From an uncultured Planctomycetota bacterium (GTDB lineage Bacteria > Planctomycetota > PLA2 > JAEUHO01), in the NCBI GenBank assembly GCA_963752285.1, contig CAVVXN010000003.1, positions 320,001-384,000 of the forward strand: DNA of 64,000 bases, in the 5' to 3' direction. The translations under genes and the position numbers were made by a program. Of the stretch, positions 10,200 through 19,445 are shown piece by piece; the stretch's first letter is position 1; the number at the start of each line of letters is the position of its first letter. The notes beneath the pieces were generated by a model, which worked only from the letters and a program-made list of their open reading frames with translations, was not told where the DNA came from and searched no databases.

Positions 10200-10844
10200 C
10201 TAGACGCGCGACCCGAGGTCCGTCAGGAGCTGCGCGAGGTCGTCGGCGTGCTCCTCCTCCTGCGCCAGGATCGACTCGAGCATCCGCCTCGTCGTGGAGT
10301 CCTTGTCGCCGATGAAGGCGATCATCTCGCCGTACGACTCGATGGCGATCCGCTCGGCGACCAGGTCCTCGCGGAGCATCTCCTCGAGATTGCTTCCCTC
10401 CACGTACTCGGCGTGGCTCCGCGTGAGGATCCCCTCGGGCGAGAAGTTCGGCTCGCCGCCGAGCTGCGTGATCCGGCCTGCGATCTGGTCCGCGTGAACC
10501 TGCTCGTCGTTCGCGTGCTGCAGGAACTCCTGCGCCGCCACGTCGCCGCGCACGCCCTGCGCCATGAAGTAGTGGCGCTTGTAGCGGAGCACGCACACGA
10601 TCTCGGTGGCGAGCGCCTCGTTCAGCAGCCTCAGGACGACGGGGCGGTCCGCGCGGTAGCCCTCGATGACCGCGCCCTCCTCCATGTGCCTCCGGGCCCG
10701 CGCGCGGATCGCCTGGATGTCGGAGACGAACGCGCCGACCGGCGCCTCGTGCCCGGTCGTCGCCGCCTGCGCCCGGCCGGCCTTCCCCGCGTCCTTCTTC
10801 CCGTCCCTCTTCGCGTGCTTCGCGCCGTCGTGATGCTTGCTCAT
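10200..10844 (-). CDS. Ferritin-like (bacterioferritin/DpsL-type) protein
   Basis: LNEALATEIVCVLRYKRHY, DEQVHAD, EDLVAERIAIESY, EEEHADD ferroxidase ligands; GGAGG RBS. Confidence 0.9.
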   Translation of the reverse strand: MSKHHDGAKHAKRDGKKDAGKAGRAQAATTGHEAPVGAFVSDIQAIRARARRHMEEGAVIEGYRADRPVVLRLLNEALATEIVCVLRYKRHYFMAQGVRGDVAAQEFLQHANDEQVHADQIAGRITQLGGEPNFSPEGILTRSHAEYVEGSNLEEMLREDLVAERIAIESYGEMIAFIGDKDSTTRRMLESILAQEEEHADDLAQLLTDLGSRV

Positions 10845-10904
10845 GACCCGCCTCCGCCGGCACCGGGACCCGTGCGCCCAGGATCGTCGCCGGACCGGCC
10901 CAGC

Positions 10905-11672
10905 CTACGCGCGCGCGAGGGCCTCGAAGAGGTCGCCGAGCGGCGGCGCGAACGCCTCGCCGAGGAGGTCGTAGCGCTCGACGGGCGGGCGGAAGACCCG
11001 GCCGCCGGGGTCGCCCTCCACCAGCGTGACCATCGCGTCGTGGACGCGGAGACACGCCTCCTTCGCCTCCGCCTCGGTGGGAGAGAGGTCGAGCACGACG
11101 TCGATCTCCGCCTCGGGCGTGGGGAAGAGCAGGCGCGGGCGGAGCGCCTCGGCCGTCTCCGGCGGGTACGCGACCATGGCGAGGCGGGGCGCGGGAGCCG
11201 CCTGCTCGATCGCCCGCCGGACCGCCCAGTGCGTCGCCACGTGGTCGGCGTGTCCGTTCACGCCGCGCGGGTCGTGGGCGAGCACGACGTGCGGGCGAAA
11301 GCACCGGACCGCGCGGAGCACGGGCGCCGCGACCCGCTCCAGCGGCTCGCGCGCGAGGCGACCGTCGGGGAGGCCGGGCAGGAGCAGCGCGTCGAGTCTC
11401 ACGATCTCGCCTACGCGCACGAGGCGCGCCTCGCGCCGCGCGGCGATCTCGTTCCTCGTGAGGCCCTCCCGCGCCATCACCGACGACGCCTCGCCGCGGG
11501 TCAAGCAGAGGAGCGCGACCGCGGCGCCCGGATCGGCGCCCGCCCGCGCGAGCGCCCCCGCCGAGCCGTACGCCTCGTCGTCGGGGTGCGCGAACACGGC
11601 GAGGAGGCGCCTCGCCCGCGTGCCGGCGATCCGGGCGAGCGTCGCGTCGTCGGGGTTCACCAGGGTCGTCAT
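10905..11672 (-). CDS. PIG-L/LmbE family deacetylase
   Basis: AHPDDE, TRGE, GHADH motifs. Confidence 0.92.
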   Translation of the reverse strand: MTTLVNPDDATLARIAGTRARRLLAVFAHPDDEAYGSAGALARAGADPGAAVALLCLTRGEASSVMAREGLTRNEIAARREARLVRVGEIVRLDALLLPGLPDGRLAREPLERVAAPVLRAVRCFRPHVVLAHDPRGVNGHADHVATHWAVRRAIEQAAPAPRLAMVAYPPETAEALRPRLLFPTPEAEIDVVLDLSPTEAEAKEACLRVHDAMVTLVEGDPGGRVFRPPVERYDLLGEAFAPPLGDLFEALARA

Positions 11673-11712
11673 GGCGGCTCGTGGGGGGAGGTCCGGGAGG
11701 CGCCCGGCGGGC

Positions 11713-12783
11713 TCATGCCGGGAGCTGCTGGCTCAGGCAGTGGAGGGCGCCCAGCCCCTCGACGACGCGCGTCGAGCACAGCCCGACCACGTCGCGACCG
11801 GGGAACGCGCGGCGCAGGGTCCGTAGCGCCTTCTCGTCCTTCCGGCCGCCGAACGTGGGGACGACCACGGTGCAGTTCGCGACGTAGAAGTTCGCGTAGG
11901 AGGCCGGGAGACGGCGGCCGTCCCGGCCGAAGAGGGGGTCGGGCATCGGGAGCGTCCCGACCTCGAGCGGCACGCCGTCCTGGTCGGCCATCGAGCGAAG
12001 TCGCCTCGCGTCGTCCGCGAGCGGAGCGTGGTTGAGGTCCGACGGGTCGTCCTCCTGCGCCACCAGCACGTGCCGCGGGCCGACGAACCGGGCGACGTCG
12101 TCCACGTGCCCGTCGGTGTCGTCGCCCGCGATGCCCTCGCCGAGCCAGAGCACGTGCGTCGCGCCGAGCGTCTCGCGGAGCACCTGCTCGATCTCGGTGT
12201 CGAGGAGCGCCGGGTTCCGGTTGGGGTTCTTGAGGCACTGCGCGCTCGTGAGCAGCGTGCCGCGGCCGTTGCCGTCGATGCTCCCCCCTTCGAGAACGAC
12301 GTCCACGCGCCGCGTCGGCAGACCGTGGATGCCCTGGATCCGCCGCGGGACCCCGTCGTCGGGGACCAGGTCCGGGTACTTCCCGCCCCAGGCGTTGAAC
12401 CGGAAGTCGAGCGCGAGGCGCTCGCGTGTGCGGCCCCGGCCGCGGGCCACGACGATCGGGCCGTAGTCGCGGATCCAGGCGTCGTGCGTCGCGACGCGGT
12501 GGATCCGGACGCGGCGCGCCCCCGCCTCGGCGAGGCGGAGACGGGCCCGCGCCTCCACGGCGGCGTCCCTCGCGAGGACGTGCACCGTCTCGCCGCGGCC
12601 CACGGCCTTCGCGAAGAGCGCGAACACGCCCTCCACCTCCGCGAGGCCGTCGGCCCACGTCACCGGGTCGTGCGGCCACGCGAGCCAGGTCGCCTCGTGA
12701 CGCTCCCACTCGGCCGGCCACCGGTAGCCGAGCGCGCGCGGCGTGGGCCGCGCGAGACGGGCGCCCGTCCGTTCAGCGGCCAC
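11713..12783 (-). CDS. aguA: Agmatine deiminase
   Basis: PAEWERH..WLAWP, WIRDYGP, FNAWGGK, LEGGSID, DTDGHVD, ASYANF, GALHCLSQQ. Confidence 0.95.
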   Translation of the reverse strand: MAAERTGARLARPTPRALGYRWPAEWERHEATWLAWPHDPVTWADGLAEVEGVFALFAKAVGRGETVHVLARDAAVEARARLRLAEAGARRVRIHRVATHDAWIRDYGPIVVARGRGRTRERLALDFRFNAWGGKYPDLVPDDGVPRRIQGIHGLPTRRVDVVLEGGSIDGNGRGTLLTSAQCLKNPNRNPALLDTEIEQVLRETLGATHVLWLGEGIAGDDTDGHVDDVARFVGPRHVLVAQEDDPSDLNHAPLADDARRLRSMADQDGVPLEVGTLPMPDPLFGRDGRRLPASYANFYVANCTVVVPTFGGRKDEKALRTLRRAFPGRDVVGLCSTRVVEGLGALHCLSQQLPA

Positions 12784-13660
12784 CGGCGTCGCCGTCCCGG
12801 TAGCGGCGGAGCAGGTCGCCGTACGCGTCGATCCTCCGGTCGCGGAGGAAGGGCCAGCCGCGCCGCGCGCGGTCCACCGCGGTCATGTCGAGGTCGAGCA
12901 CGAGCACGGCCTCGTCCTCGCCCGCCTCCGCGAGGACCCGGCCGTCGGGCGCGACGACGAACGAGTGGCCCCAGAACCGGAGCTCGCCCTCCTGGCCGAC
13001 GCGGTTCACGGCCGCGACGTAGACGCCGTTCTCGATCGCGTGGGCGCGCTGGACCGTCCGCCACGCGTCCCGCTGCGTCTCGAGGAGGTCGAGCTCGCCC
13101 GTCCAGGTCCCGATGGCGGTCGGGAACACGAGCAGCTCCGCGCCCGCCAAGGTGACGAGGCGGGCCGCCTCCGGGTACCACTGGTCCCAGCACACGAGTG
13201 GGCCCACCCGGCAGCCGGGGCCGTCGAACGCGACGAATCCGAGGTCGCCGGGCGCGAAGTAGAACTTCTCGTAGAACCGCGGGTCGTCGGGCACGTGCAT
13301 CTTGCGGTAGAGGCCCGCGACCCGGCCGTCGGGACCGATCAGGACCGCCGTGTTGTGGTGGAGCCCGGCCGCGCGCCGCTCGAACAGGCTCGCGAGGACC
13401 GTGACACCCCGTGCCTTCGCGAACGCCGAGAGCGCCTCGGTCGTGGGCCCCGGGATCGGCTCGGCGAGGTCGAAGCACCGGGCGTCCTCGACCTGGCAGA
13501 AGTAGGGCGTGCGGAACAGCTCCTGCGTCGCGAGGAGCGTCGCGCCGCCGTCCGCGGCGCGACCGAGCAGGCCGAGGGTGCGGTCGAGGTTGTCCACCGC
13601 GTCCTCGGACGCGTGGGTCTGGACCAGGCCGACCCGGACGGGTGCGCGGCTCTCCTGCAT
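12773..13660 (-). CDS. aguB: Carbon-nitrogen hydrolase, N-carbamoylputrescine amidase-like
   Basis: QELF, YRKMHVPDDP.FYEKFYF.PGD, VCWDQWYPEAAR catalytic E-K-C triad; overlaps aguA. Confidence 0.9.
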   Translation of the reverse strand: MQESRAPVRVGLVQTHASEDAVDNLDRTLGLLGRAADGGATLLATQELFRTPYFCQVEDARCFDLAEPIPGPTTEALSAFAKARGVTVLASLFERRAAGLHHNTAVLIGPDGRVAGLYRKMHVPDDPRFYEKFYFAPGDLGFVAFDGPGCRVGPLVCWDQWYPEAARLVTLAGAELLVFPTAIGTWTGELDLLETQRDAWRTVQRAHAIENGVYVAAVNRVGQEGELRFWGHSFVVAPDGRVLAEAGEDEAVLVLDLDMTAVDRARRGWPFLRDRRIDAYGDLLRRYRDGDAGGR

Positions 13661-13701
13661 CGACGACCTCCCGGGGCGCGTTGTACCCCGCCGCGTTCCC
13701 C

Positions 13702-14199
13702 TCAGGCTCGGCCGAGCGAGGGGAGGATGCCCGGGAGGAACGACGGGTCCACGATCCGGATCGCGAGGAGGAGCCCCACGAGGCCCGCCGCGAGGATCAG
13801 GAAGACGTCCACCGCGAAGAGGGTCTGCACGAGGAGCCAGGCGAGGTCCAGGAGGAACGACAGCGGCAGCAGGAGGACCCGCGTCGCGAGGCCCTTCTGC
13901 CGCCAGCGCGCGCCCACGTCCCGGAGGCCCGACGAGGCGTGGTGGAACGCGGGCAGGGCGCCCCAGGCGAGGACGGCCATGGCCGCGAACGCCGCGCCCG
14001 CGGCCAGGGCGCGGCCGCCCGCGCCCGGCGGGATCTTCTCGAGGAGGCGCGCGCGGTCGTCGGCCGGCATGAGCAGGAGGTAGCCCGCGGCCCCGGCCGG
14101 GACGACGCTCGCGAGGAGGAAGACGCCGAGGCCGCCCCGCCCGCGCCCCCGGGGCCGGCGCGCGCGGCGATCGCCCTTCGGCGTGCGGTCAGCGCCCAC
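13702..14199 (-). CDS. Hypothetical membrane protein
   Basis: C-terminal part of ORF 13702..14457; several hydrophobic segments; GTG overlaps the upstream gene's end. Confidence 0.65.
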   Translation of the reverse strand: MGADRTPKGDRRARRPRGRGRGGLGVFLLASVVPAGAAGYLLLMPADDRARLLEKIPPGAGGRALAAGAAFAAMAVLAWGALPAFHHASSGLRDVGARWRQKGLATRVLLLPLSFLLDLAWLLVQTLFAVDVFLILAAGLVGLLLAIRIVDPSFLPGILPSLGRA

Positions 14200-15253
14200 C
14201 CGAGAGCACCTCGCCCCGTACGTGGATCTCCGTCGTCTCCTCGCCCGGCACCTCGCTCTTGACCAGCACCGTGTCGTCGATCGGTCCCTTCGGCGCAGTC
14301 GCGGGGACCGAGAGCACGACGCGCCACCAGCCGTCGTGGTCGGGGTCCTTCTCCGCGCGGGCGGTGACCCGCGTGCTCTCGGTGGCCACCGACACGGCCC
14401 CGAGGTGGGTCTTCTCGTCGTACGGCCGGACGAGCACCGTCGTGGTTCGCTCGCCACCCTTGGGGATCCAGCCGAGCTCGACCCGCCTCGTCTGCACCCA
14501 CACGCGGCCCGTCACGTTCGCGGTGAGCGGCACGAGGATGCGCGGGTAGTCCGGGTGGTCGGTCGTGACGAGGGCCGTGGCGGAGAGCATCCCGAGCGGC
14601 GGCGGCTTCTTGAACGCGATCGTGATCTCGGTCCCCTTCCAGGGACCGTCCTCGTACGGCGCGGTCGAGATCTCGAAGTCCTGGCCCGGTACCTCCACCT
14701 TGTTCACCTGAAACGGGTGGCCCGCGCCCTCGTGCCACTTGAGCACGATCTTGCCCTTCGGCTCGGTGCCGACGAGGACGTCCCCGAACCACAGGTGTCC
14801 CGGCTCGACCACGATGCCGTCGATGACGTCGAGGTGGAGCCGGACCATCACGCCGTGGAGCGGCCCCCCCTCGTAGTACACGCGGAGCCGTTTCGTCACG
14901 CTCCCGCTGAACTTGAGCGTTCGAAACGAGATCGAGAGCGCGCCGGTCTCGCCGGGGTCGAGGGCGTCCTTCGAGAGCGAGATCCCGTAGCAGCCGCAGT
15001 CGCCCACGGCCTTGAGCCCGGTGATGCGGGCGTCGCCGGCGTTTCGGTACGTGAGGGACGCCGCGAGGTCCTGCTCCTGCGCCGCGCGCCCGAAGTCGTG
15101 CCGCCAGGAGCCGTCGGGGGCCGCCTCGACCCCGTCGAAGACCAGCGCCGCGCTCTCGTCCGCGAGCGCCGGACCCAGCCCCGCGCCGCCGCCGACCGCC
15201 ACCGCGAGAAGCGAGGCGAGCACGGTCCAGAACGCGCGAGCGAGAGGCGTCAC
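14189..15253 (-). CDS. DUF1573-type exported Ig-fold repeat protein
   Basis: Signal peptide, HDFG...RNAGDA...GDCGC motif, repeated beta-sandwich segments. Start GTG 15253 (7 nt after TATGCT) or ATG 15265. Confidence 0.8.
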   Translation of the reverse strand: MTPLARAFWTVLASLLAVAVGGGAGLGPALADESAALVFDGVEAAPDGSWRHDFGRAAQEQDLAASLTYRNAGDARITGLKAVGDCGCYGISLSKDALDPGETGALSISFRTLKFSGSVTKRLRVYYEGGPLHGVMVRLHLDVIDGIVVEPGHLWFGDVLVGTEPKGKIVLKWHEGAGHPFQVNKVEVPGQDFEISTAPYEDGPWKGTEITIAFKKPPPLGMLSATALVTTDHPDYPRILVPLTANVTGRVWVQTRRVELGWIPKGGERTTTVLVRPYDEKTHLGAVSVATESTRVTARAEKDPDHDGWWRVVLSVPATAPKGPIDDTVLVKSEVPGEETTEIHVRGEVLSGGR

Positions 15254-15360
15254 GGGCCCGAGCATAGCGCGCCCCACGGCTACGCCGGGAAGGACCTCCG
15301 GGCCGGCGTCGTCCCTTCCCGGGGCGGATCTCGCCCCGTCGCGGGGTACCTTTCCTCCCC

Positions 15361-16317
15361 ATGCGCGCACTCGTGACCGGAGGAGCCGGGTTCGTCGGGG
15401 GGCACCTCGCCCGCGCCCTCCTCGCCGCGGGCTTCGAGGTCGAGGTGCTGGACGACCTCTCGACCGGGCGCCGGGATCGCGTGCCGAGCGGGGCCCGGTG
15501 GACCCCCGCCGACGTCCGCGACGTCGCCGCGGTCGAGGACGCCGTGTCGCGCGCGGACCTCGTGCTCCACCTGGCCGCCGCCGTCGGTGCCGAGATGGTC
15601 GCGCGGGACCCCGCGGGCACGTGGTCGCGAAACGTCCTCGGCACGGCGGCCGTGCTCGACGGGTGCGCGCGGTACGGGCGCCGGGTCCTCCTCGCGTCGA
15701 GCAGCGAGGTGTACGGGCTCGGGGCGCGCCCGCCGTTTCGCGAGGACGACCCGGCCGCCCTCCTCCCGACGGGGCGGCGCGACGTCTACGCCGTCTCGAA
15801 GGTCGCGGGCGAGGCGTACGCGCTCGCGCTCTGCCGGACCCGGCTCCTCCCCGTCACGGTGGTCCGTCTCTTCAACGTGGTGGGGCCCGGGCAGTCCGGA
15901 CGCTACGGCATGGTCCTGCCGCGCTTCGTCGAGGCGGCGCGCGCGGGCCGTCCGCTGACGGTGTACGGCGACGGGTCGCAGCGGCGCTGCTTCCTCCACG
16001 TGGACGACGCCGTCCGCGCGCTGCTGGCCCTCGCCTGCGAGGCGCGCGCGGAGGGCGAGGTGGTCAACGTGGGCAGCCGAGAGGAGGTCTCGATCCTCGC
16101 GCTCGCGCGCCTCGTGCTCGAGGAGGCGGGCGGCGGCGACGACGTGGAATTCGTCCCGTTCGAGCGCGTCTACGGCGAGGGGTTCGTCGATCCCCCGCGG
16201 CGGGTGCCCGACGTGTCGCGACTGGAGTCCCTCGTCGGCTTCGCACCGCGGCGGTCGGTCCGCGACGCCGTGCGGGACCTGCTCCAGCGCCCCGTCCCCG
16301 AGCGGATCTGCGAGTAG
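15361..16317 (+). CDS. NAD-dependent nucleotide-sugar epimerase/dehydratase
   Basis: VTGGAGFVG, HLAA, SSSEVYG, YAVSK, RLFNVVGP. Confidence 0.93.
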   Translation: MRALVTGGAGFVGGHLARALLAAGFEVEVLDDLSTGRRDRVPSGARWTPADVRDVAAVEDAVSRADLVLHLAAAVGAEMVARDPAGTWSRNVLGTAAVLDGCARYGRRVLLASSSEVYGLGARPPFREDDPAALLPTGRRDVYAVSKVAGEAYALALCRTRLLPVTVVRLFNVVGPGQSGRYGMVLPRFVEAARAGRPLTVYGDGSQRRCFLHVDDAVRALLALACEARAEGEVVNVGSREEVSILALARLVLEEAGGGDDVEFVPFERVYGEGFVDPPRRVPDVSRLESLVGFAPRRSVRDAVRDLLQRPVPERICE

Positions 16318-16358
16318 GCGGAGCGGGTCCGCCGCGCGCCGCGCCGGCACGGCGGGGG

Positions 16359-16826
16359 TCAGGACGCGCCGGCCCCCGCGTCCGTCGCCGGGAGCAGACC
16401 GCCGAAGCTGTCGGCGATTGCGCGCAGGATGCAGCGGTCCACCTCGCCGAACGCGCACGCGTCGGGCGATGACAGCGTCAGGAGCCCGACCGTCCGCCCC
16501 ATCGACCGGATGCGCACGACGAGGTGGCTCTCCCTCTCCCGGCCCGCGTCGTCCGCGTCGCCCACAGCGTCGGGGCGGGGGGTGACGGCGTCCTTGTCCT
16601 CCTCCACGACCCGTTCGAGGACGCCCCGCTCGCCCTCCGCCTCCGCGCCGCGCGCGGGTCCCGCCGCCAGCTCCTGTCCCCGGCGCCACCAGATCGCGAG
16701 CCGGCGGGCGCGCGGCACCGCTTCCTCGAGCTTCTCGATCAACGTCGCGCCGAGCGCCTCCGGGTCCGAGGTCTCGAGCGCCTTCGCCTGAAGCGCTTGC
16801 AGCACGGCGGACGCGTCGCACGACAT
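16359..16826 (-). CDS. Stand-alone GAF-domain protein
   Basis: C-terminal SHLVVRIRSMGRTVGLLTLSS...AFGEVDRCILRAIA pattern typical of GAF folds. Confidence 0.75.
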   Translation of the reverse strand: MSCDASAVLQALQAKALETSDPEALGATLIEKLEEAVPRARRLAIWWRRGQELAAGPARGAEAEGERGVLERVVEEDKDAVTPRPDAVGDADDAGRERESHLVVRIRSMGRTVGLLTLSSPDACAFGEVDRCILRAIADSFGGLLPATDAGAGAS

Positions 16827-16950
16827 GTGGGAATTCTAGCCCGCAAGGCCCATGAACCGGCGCGAATCGCGCGCCCCTGGACACGCGAGGACCTCGACGA
16901 GAGCCGCCCGGCTCGGGCCGCGGCCTCCCGCGCGGACGGCGGGCCGAGAC

Positions 16951-16987
16951 GAAAGAAGGGCGTCGCACACGGGTGCGACGCCCTTCT
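16951..16987 (-). terminator. Intrinsic terminator downstream of the histone gene
   Basis: Perfect 15-bp stem AGAAGGGCGTCGCAC / GTGCGACGCCCTTCT with a 4-nt loop, ending in TTCTTTC on the minus strand. Confidence 0.75.
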
Positions 16988-17092
16988 CGATCGACAGGTC
17001 TCGGGGTCGGGCCTCGCGGGCCGGGGCCGCGCAGGATCGTGCGCGGCGCGCCGACGTCGCCAGCGACCCGGAACCGAGCCGTGCGTGTCCGG

Positions 17093-17329
17093 CTACAGGT
17101 CCTGGGGCCGGACGGTGCCGCGGTTGTTCGCCGAGCAGCGATGGACCGCGGCGGCGATCATGTCGTGCACCTTCGCGTTCAGCGCGTCGCCGAAGTCGCC
17201 GGCCATGCGCACGCCGCGCGACTTGATGGCTTCCTTCACCTTCGACGCGACGACGACGTTGGACGCCGGCTTGGCGCGTCCCGCCTTGCGCGCGGCCTTC
17301 TTCGCGGTCTTCTTCTTCCTTGCGGCCAT
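17093..17329 (-). CDS. Bacterial histone-fold protein (Bd0055/HBb-like) with Lys-rich N-terminal tail
   Basis: 78 aa; core VVVASKVKEAIKSRG...DALNAKVHDMIAAAVHRCSANNRGTVRPQDL has the helix 1 / long helix 2 / R-x-T-V-x-x-x-D-L histone L2 clamp; AGGAGG RBS; own terminator. Confidence 0.88.
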   Translation of the reverse strand: MAARKKKTAKKAARKAGRAKPASNVVVASKVKEAIKSRGVRMAGDFGDALNAKVHDMIAAAVHRCSANNRGTVRPQDL

Positions 17330-17612
17330 GAGCTGTCTGCCTCCTGTGGGGACAAGCCGGCTCCGAGAGCCGGACCATCGGGTGTGAAATACCGGGCGTA
17401 AACCTGCCCTGGAACCCGTTCGTTGCTGGAATCTACCAACGTCCCCCGGCGGCGACGCACAAGAAAAACCGCCCGGAAGGGCAGAATCCGTCGGTTTCGA
17501 GGCTCCGGGACGCCCGCTTCACCCCTCCCGGACACCCCCGTCGGGGCCCTTTCGGCTCCTCGTGTCGGTCGCCGCTGATAGGTTTCCTCGGTCTTCCGGG
17601 GCTCGCTCCACC

Positions 17613-19220
17613 ATGGTCGCCTCCTCCGAGATCACCACCGCCGAGCTGGACGTTCGACTCGTCAACGCGTTCGCGCGGCCGTTCGAGAACGCCGTCGCGA
17701 CGGCCAGGACCTGCTACTCCTCGCGGGGCATCGTGACCGAGGACGAGGTGTCGGGGAGACCGGACCTCTCGGAGGAGGACCGGGCCCGGAAGGCGGAGGT
17801 CCGCGACCGGATCGCGCGGTCGGTCTACGAGGCCGGACACCACACGACCCTCCAGCACGCGCACTTCCAGTTCGCCCTGAGCGGGGTGTCGCGGCAGTTC
17901 CTGTGGACCTTTCTCCACAGCCACCCCTTCTACAACTCGGAGCAGGTATCCCAGCGGTACGTGACCGTGAAGCCGGAGCACGTGGTGCTCCCGCCGCTGG
18001 AGGGGGAGGCCCGCGCGGTCTTCCTGGACCGCGTCCAGGGCCAGATGGCCGAGTACCGGGACCTGATCGAGCGCCTCGTGCCGGTCGCGGGTCGGGCCTA
18101 CTTCGCGCGCTTCCGGGCCCGCGCCCGGCGCCCCGAGCGGTACGAGAAGGAGATCCGGAAACGAGCGCAGGAGGTGGCCCGGTACGTCCTGCCCCTCGCG
18201 ACGGCGGCGTACCTCTATCACACCGTGAGCGGCCTCACGCTGCTCCGGTACTGGAGGCTCGCCGAGACGTACGACGCCCCGTTCGAGCAGCGCCGCGTGA
18301 TCGGGCGCATGGTCGATCTCCTGCTCGAGGCCGACCCGCTGTTCGGGCGGATCCTCGAGGAGCCCCTTCCGATCGAGGAGACCCCGGAGCACGCGTTCTA
18401 CCTGGCCGCCGGTCTCGGCGACGCCGGGGCGCCTCGCGAGCGCGACCAGTGGGCGGCCGAGTTCGACCAGGCGCTCGGCGGTCGTGTGAGCCGTCTCGTG
18501 GACCACAAGACGCGGAACGAGGAGACCGTGGCGCAGGCCGTGCGCGACGTATTCGGCGTCCCGTCGGCCCGGCTCTCGGACGACGAGGCGATCGACCTCG
18601 CGCTCGACCCGGCGAGGAACCGGATCCTCGGCGAGACGATGAACGTCACGACGCTCGACAAGCTGTCGCGGGCGCTCGTCCACGCGACCTACACGTTCCG
18701 GAAGCGCCTGTCCCACACCGCCGACAGCCAGGACCAGCGACACCGGATGACGCCCGCCTCGCGGCCCTGCCTCCGCGCCTACCTGTCGGACGCGCCCGAC
18801 GTCGTGACGCCGCGCCTGGTCCTCGAGGACGAGGGCTGCCGCCGGGCGTTCGAGGAGAGCATCGCGCGGACGTGGGAGGCGCTGGGTCGCCTCTCCGCGC
18901 TCGGCGCGCCGGACGAGATGCGCGCCTACCTCCTCCCGAACGCCGTCGCCCTCCGGTTCACCGAGTCGAGTGACCTCCTCAACCTGCACCACAAGCTCAA
19001 GATGCGGCTCTGCTACAACGCGCAGGAGGAGATCTGGCGCGCGAGTCGGGACGAGGCGGAGGAGGTCGTCCGCGTGAACCCGCGCCTCGGCCGCCACCTC
19101 CTCCCGCCGTGCACGCTGCGCCACCGCGCGGGCCGCGCGCCGATCTGTCCGGAGGGGACGCGCTACTGCGGCGTCCGCGTCTGGACGCTCGCGCCATCGG
19201 AGTGGGAGCGCGGGATCTGA
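17613..19220 (+). CDS. thyX: FAD-dependent thymidylate synthase with two tandem ThyX domains
   Basis: Domain 1: TARTCYS, GHHTTLQH, GVSR, SEQVSQRY, ARYVLPLA. Domain 2: QDQRHR, AYLLPNA, RLCYNAQEEI. Confidence 0.85.
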   Translation: MVASSEITTAELDVRLVNAFARPFENAVATARTCYSSRGIVTEDEVSGRPDLSEEDRARKAEVRDRIARSVYEAGHHTTLQHAHFQFALSGVSRQFLWTFLHSHPFYNSEQVSQRYVTVKPEHVVLPPLEGEARAVFLDRVQGQMAEYRDLIERLVPVAGRAYFARFRARARRPERYEKEIRKRAQEVARYVLPLATAAYLYHTVSGLTLLRYWRLAETYDAPFEQRRVIGRMVDLLLEADPLFGRILEEPLPIEETPEHAFYLAAGLGDAGAPRERDQWAAEFDQALGGRVSRLVDHKTRNEETVAQAVRDVFGVPSARLSDDEAIDLALDPARNRILGETMNVTTLDKLSRALVHATYTFRKRLSHTADSQDQRHRMTPASRPCLRAYLSDAPDVVTPRLVLEDEGCRRAFEESIARTWEALGRLSALGAPDEMRAYLLPNAVALRFTESSDLLNLHHKLKMRLCYNAQEEIWRASRDEAEEVVRVNPRLGRHLLPPCTLRHRAGRAPICPEGTRYCGVRVWTLAPSEWERGI

Positions 19221-19227
19221 CCCGTCA

Positions 19228-19319
19228 GGCGGGGACGCCCACCGTGGCGTCGTGGGCGGGTACGCCCACCGTGGCGTCATGGGCGGGGACGCCCACCGTG
19301 GCGTCGCGGGCGGGGACGC
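19228..19319. repeat. Tandem 27-bp palindromic (REP-like) repeat, 3 full copies plus a partial
   Basis: Unit GGCGGGKACGCCCACCGTGGCGTCRYG at 19228, 19255 and 19282, partial at 19309; internal inverted repeat GACGCC..GGCGTC. Confidence 0.9.
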
Positions 19320-19334
19320 GGACCCTGGCGACGG

Positions 19335-19445
19335 AGGAGGTCGGGCCGGGCCCTTGCGGGCCCGGCCCCCACACCACGAGGGGAGCCTGGGGAGGGTTGG
19401 GCAGGAGGAGGGAGGTTGGCTCAACCCCCGCTGATGCACACTTTC
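19335..19445 (-). ncRNA. Candidate small RNA with C/U-rich anti-Shine-Dalgarno loop
   Basis: Upstream AAC-N16-CGT promoter-like motif; stem GGGTTGAGC/GCCCAACCC enclosing CAACCTCCCTCCTCCT; closing 11-bp hairpin with GCAA tetraloop. Confidence 0.45.

Noticed and set aside
19228..19319. Possible mini-CRISPR
   Set aside because: The units are directly adjacent with no unique spacers, and no cas genes are nearby.
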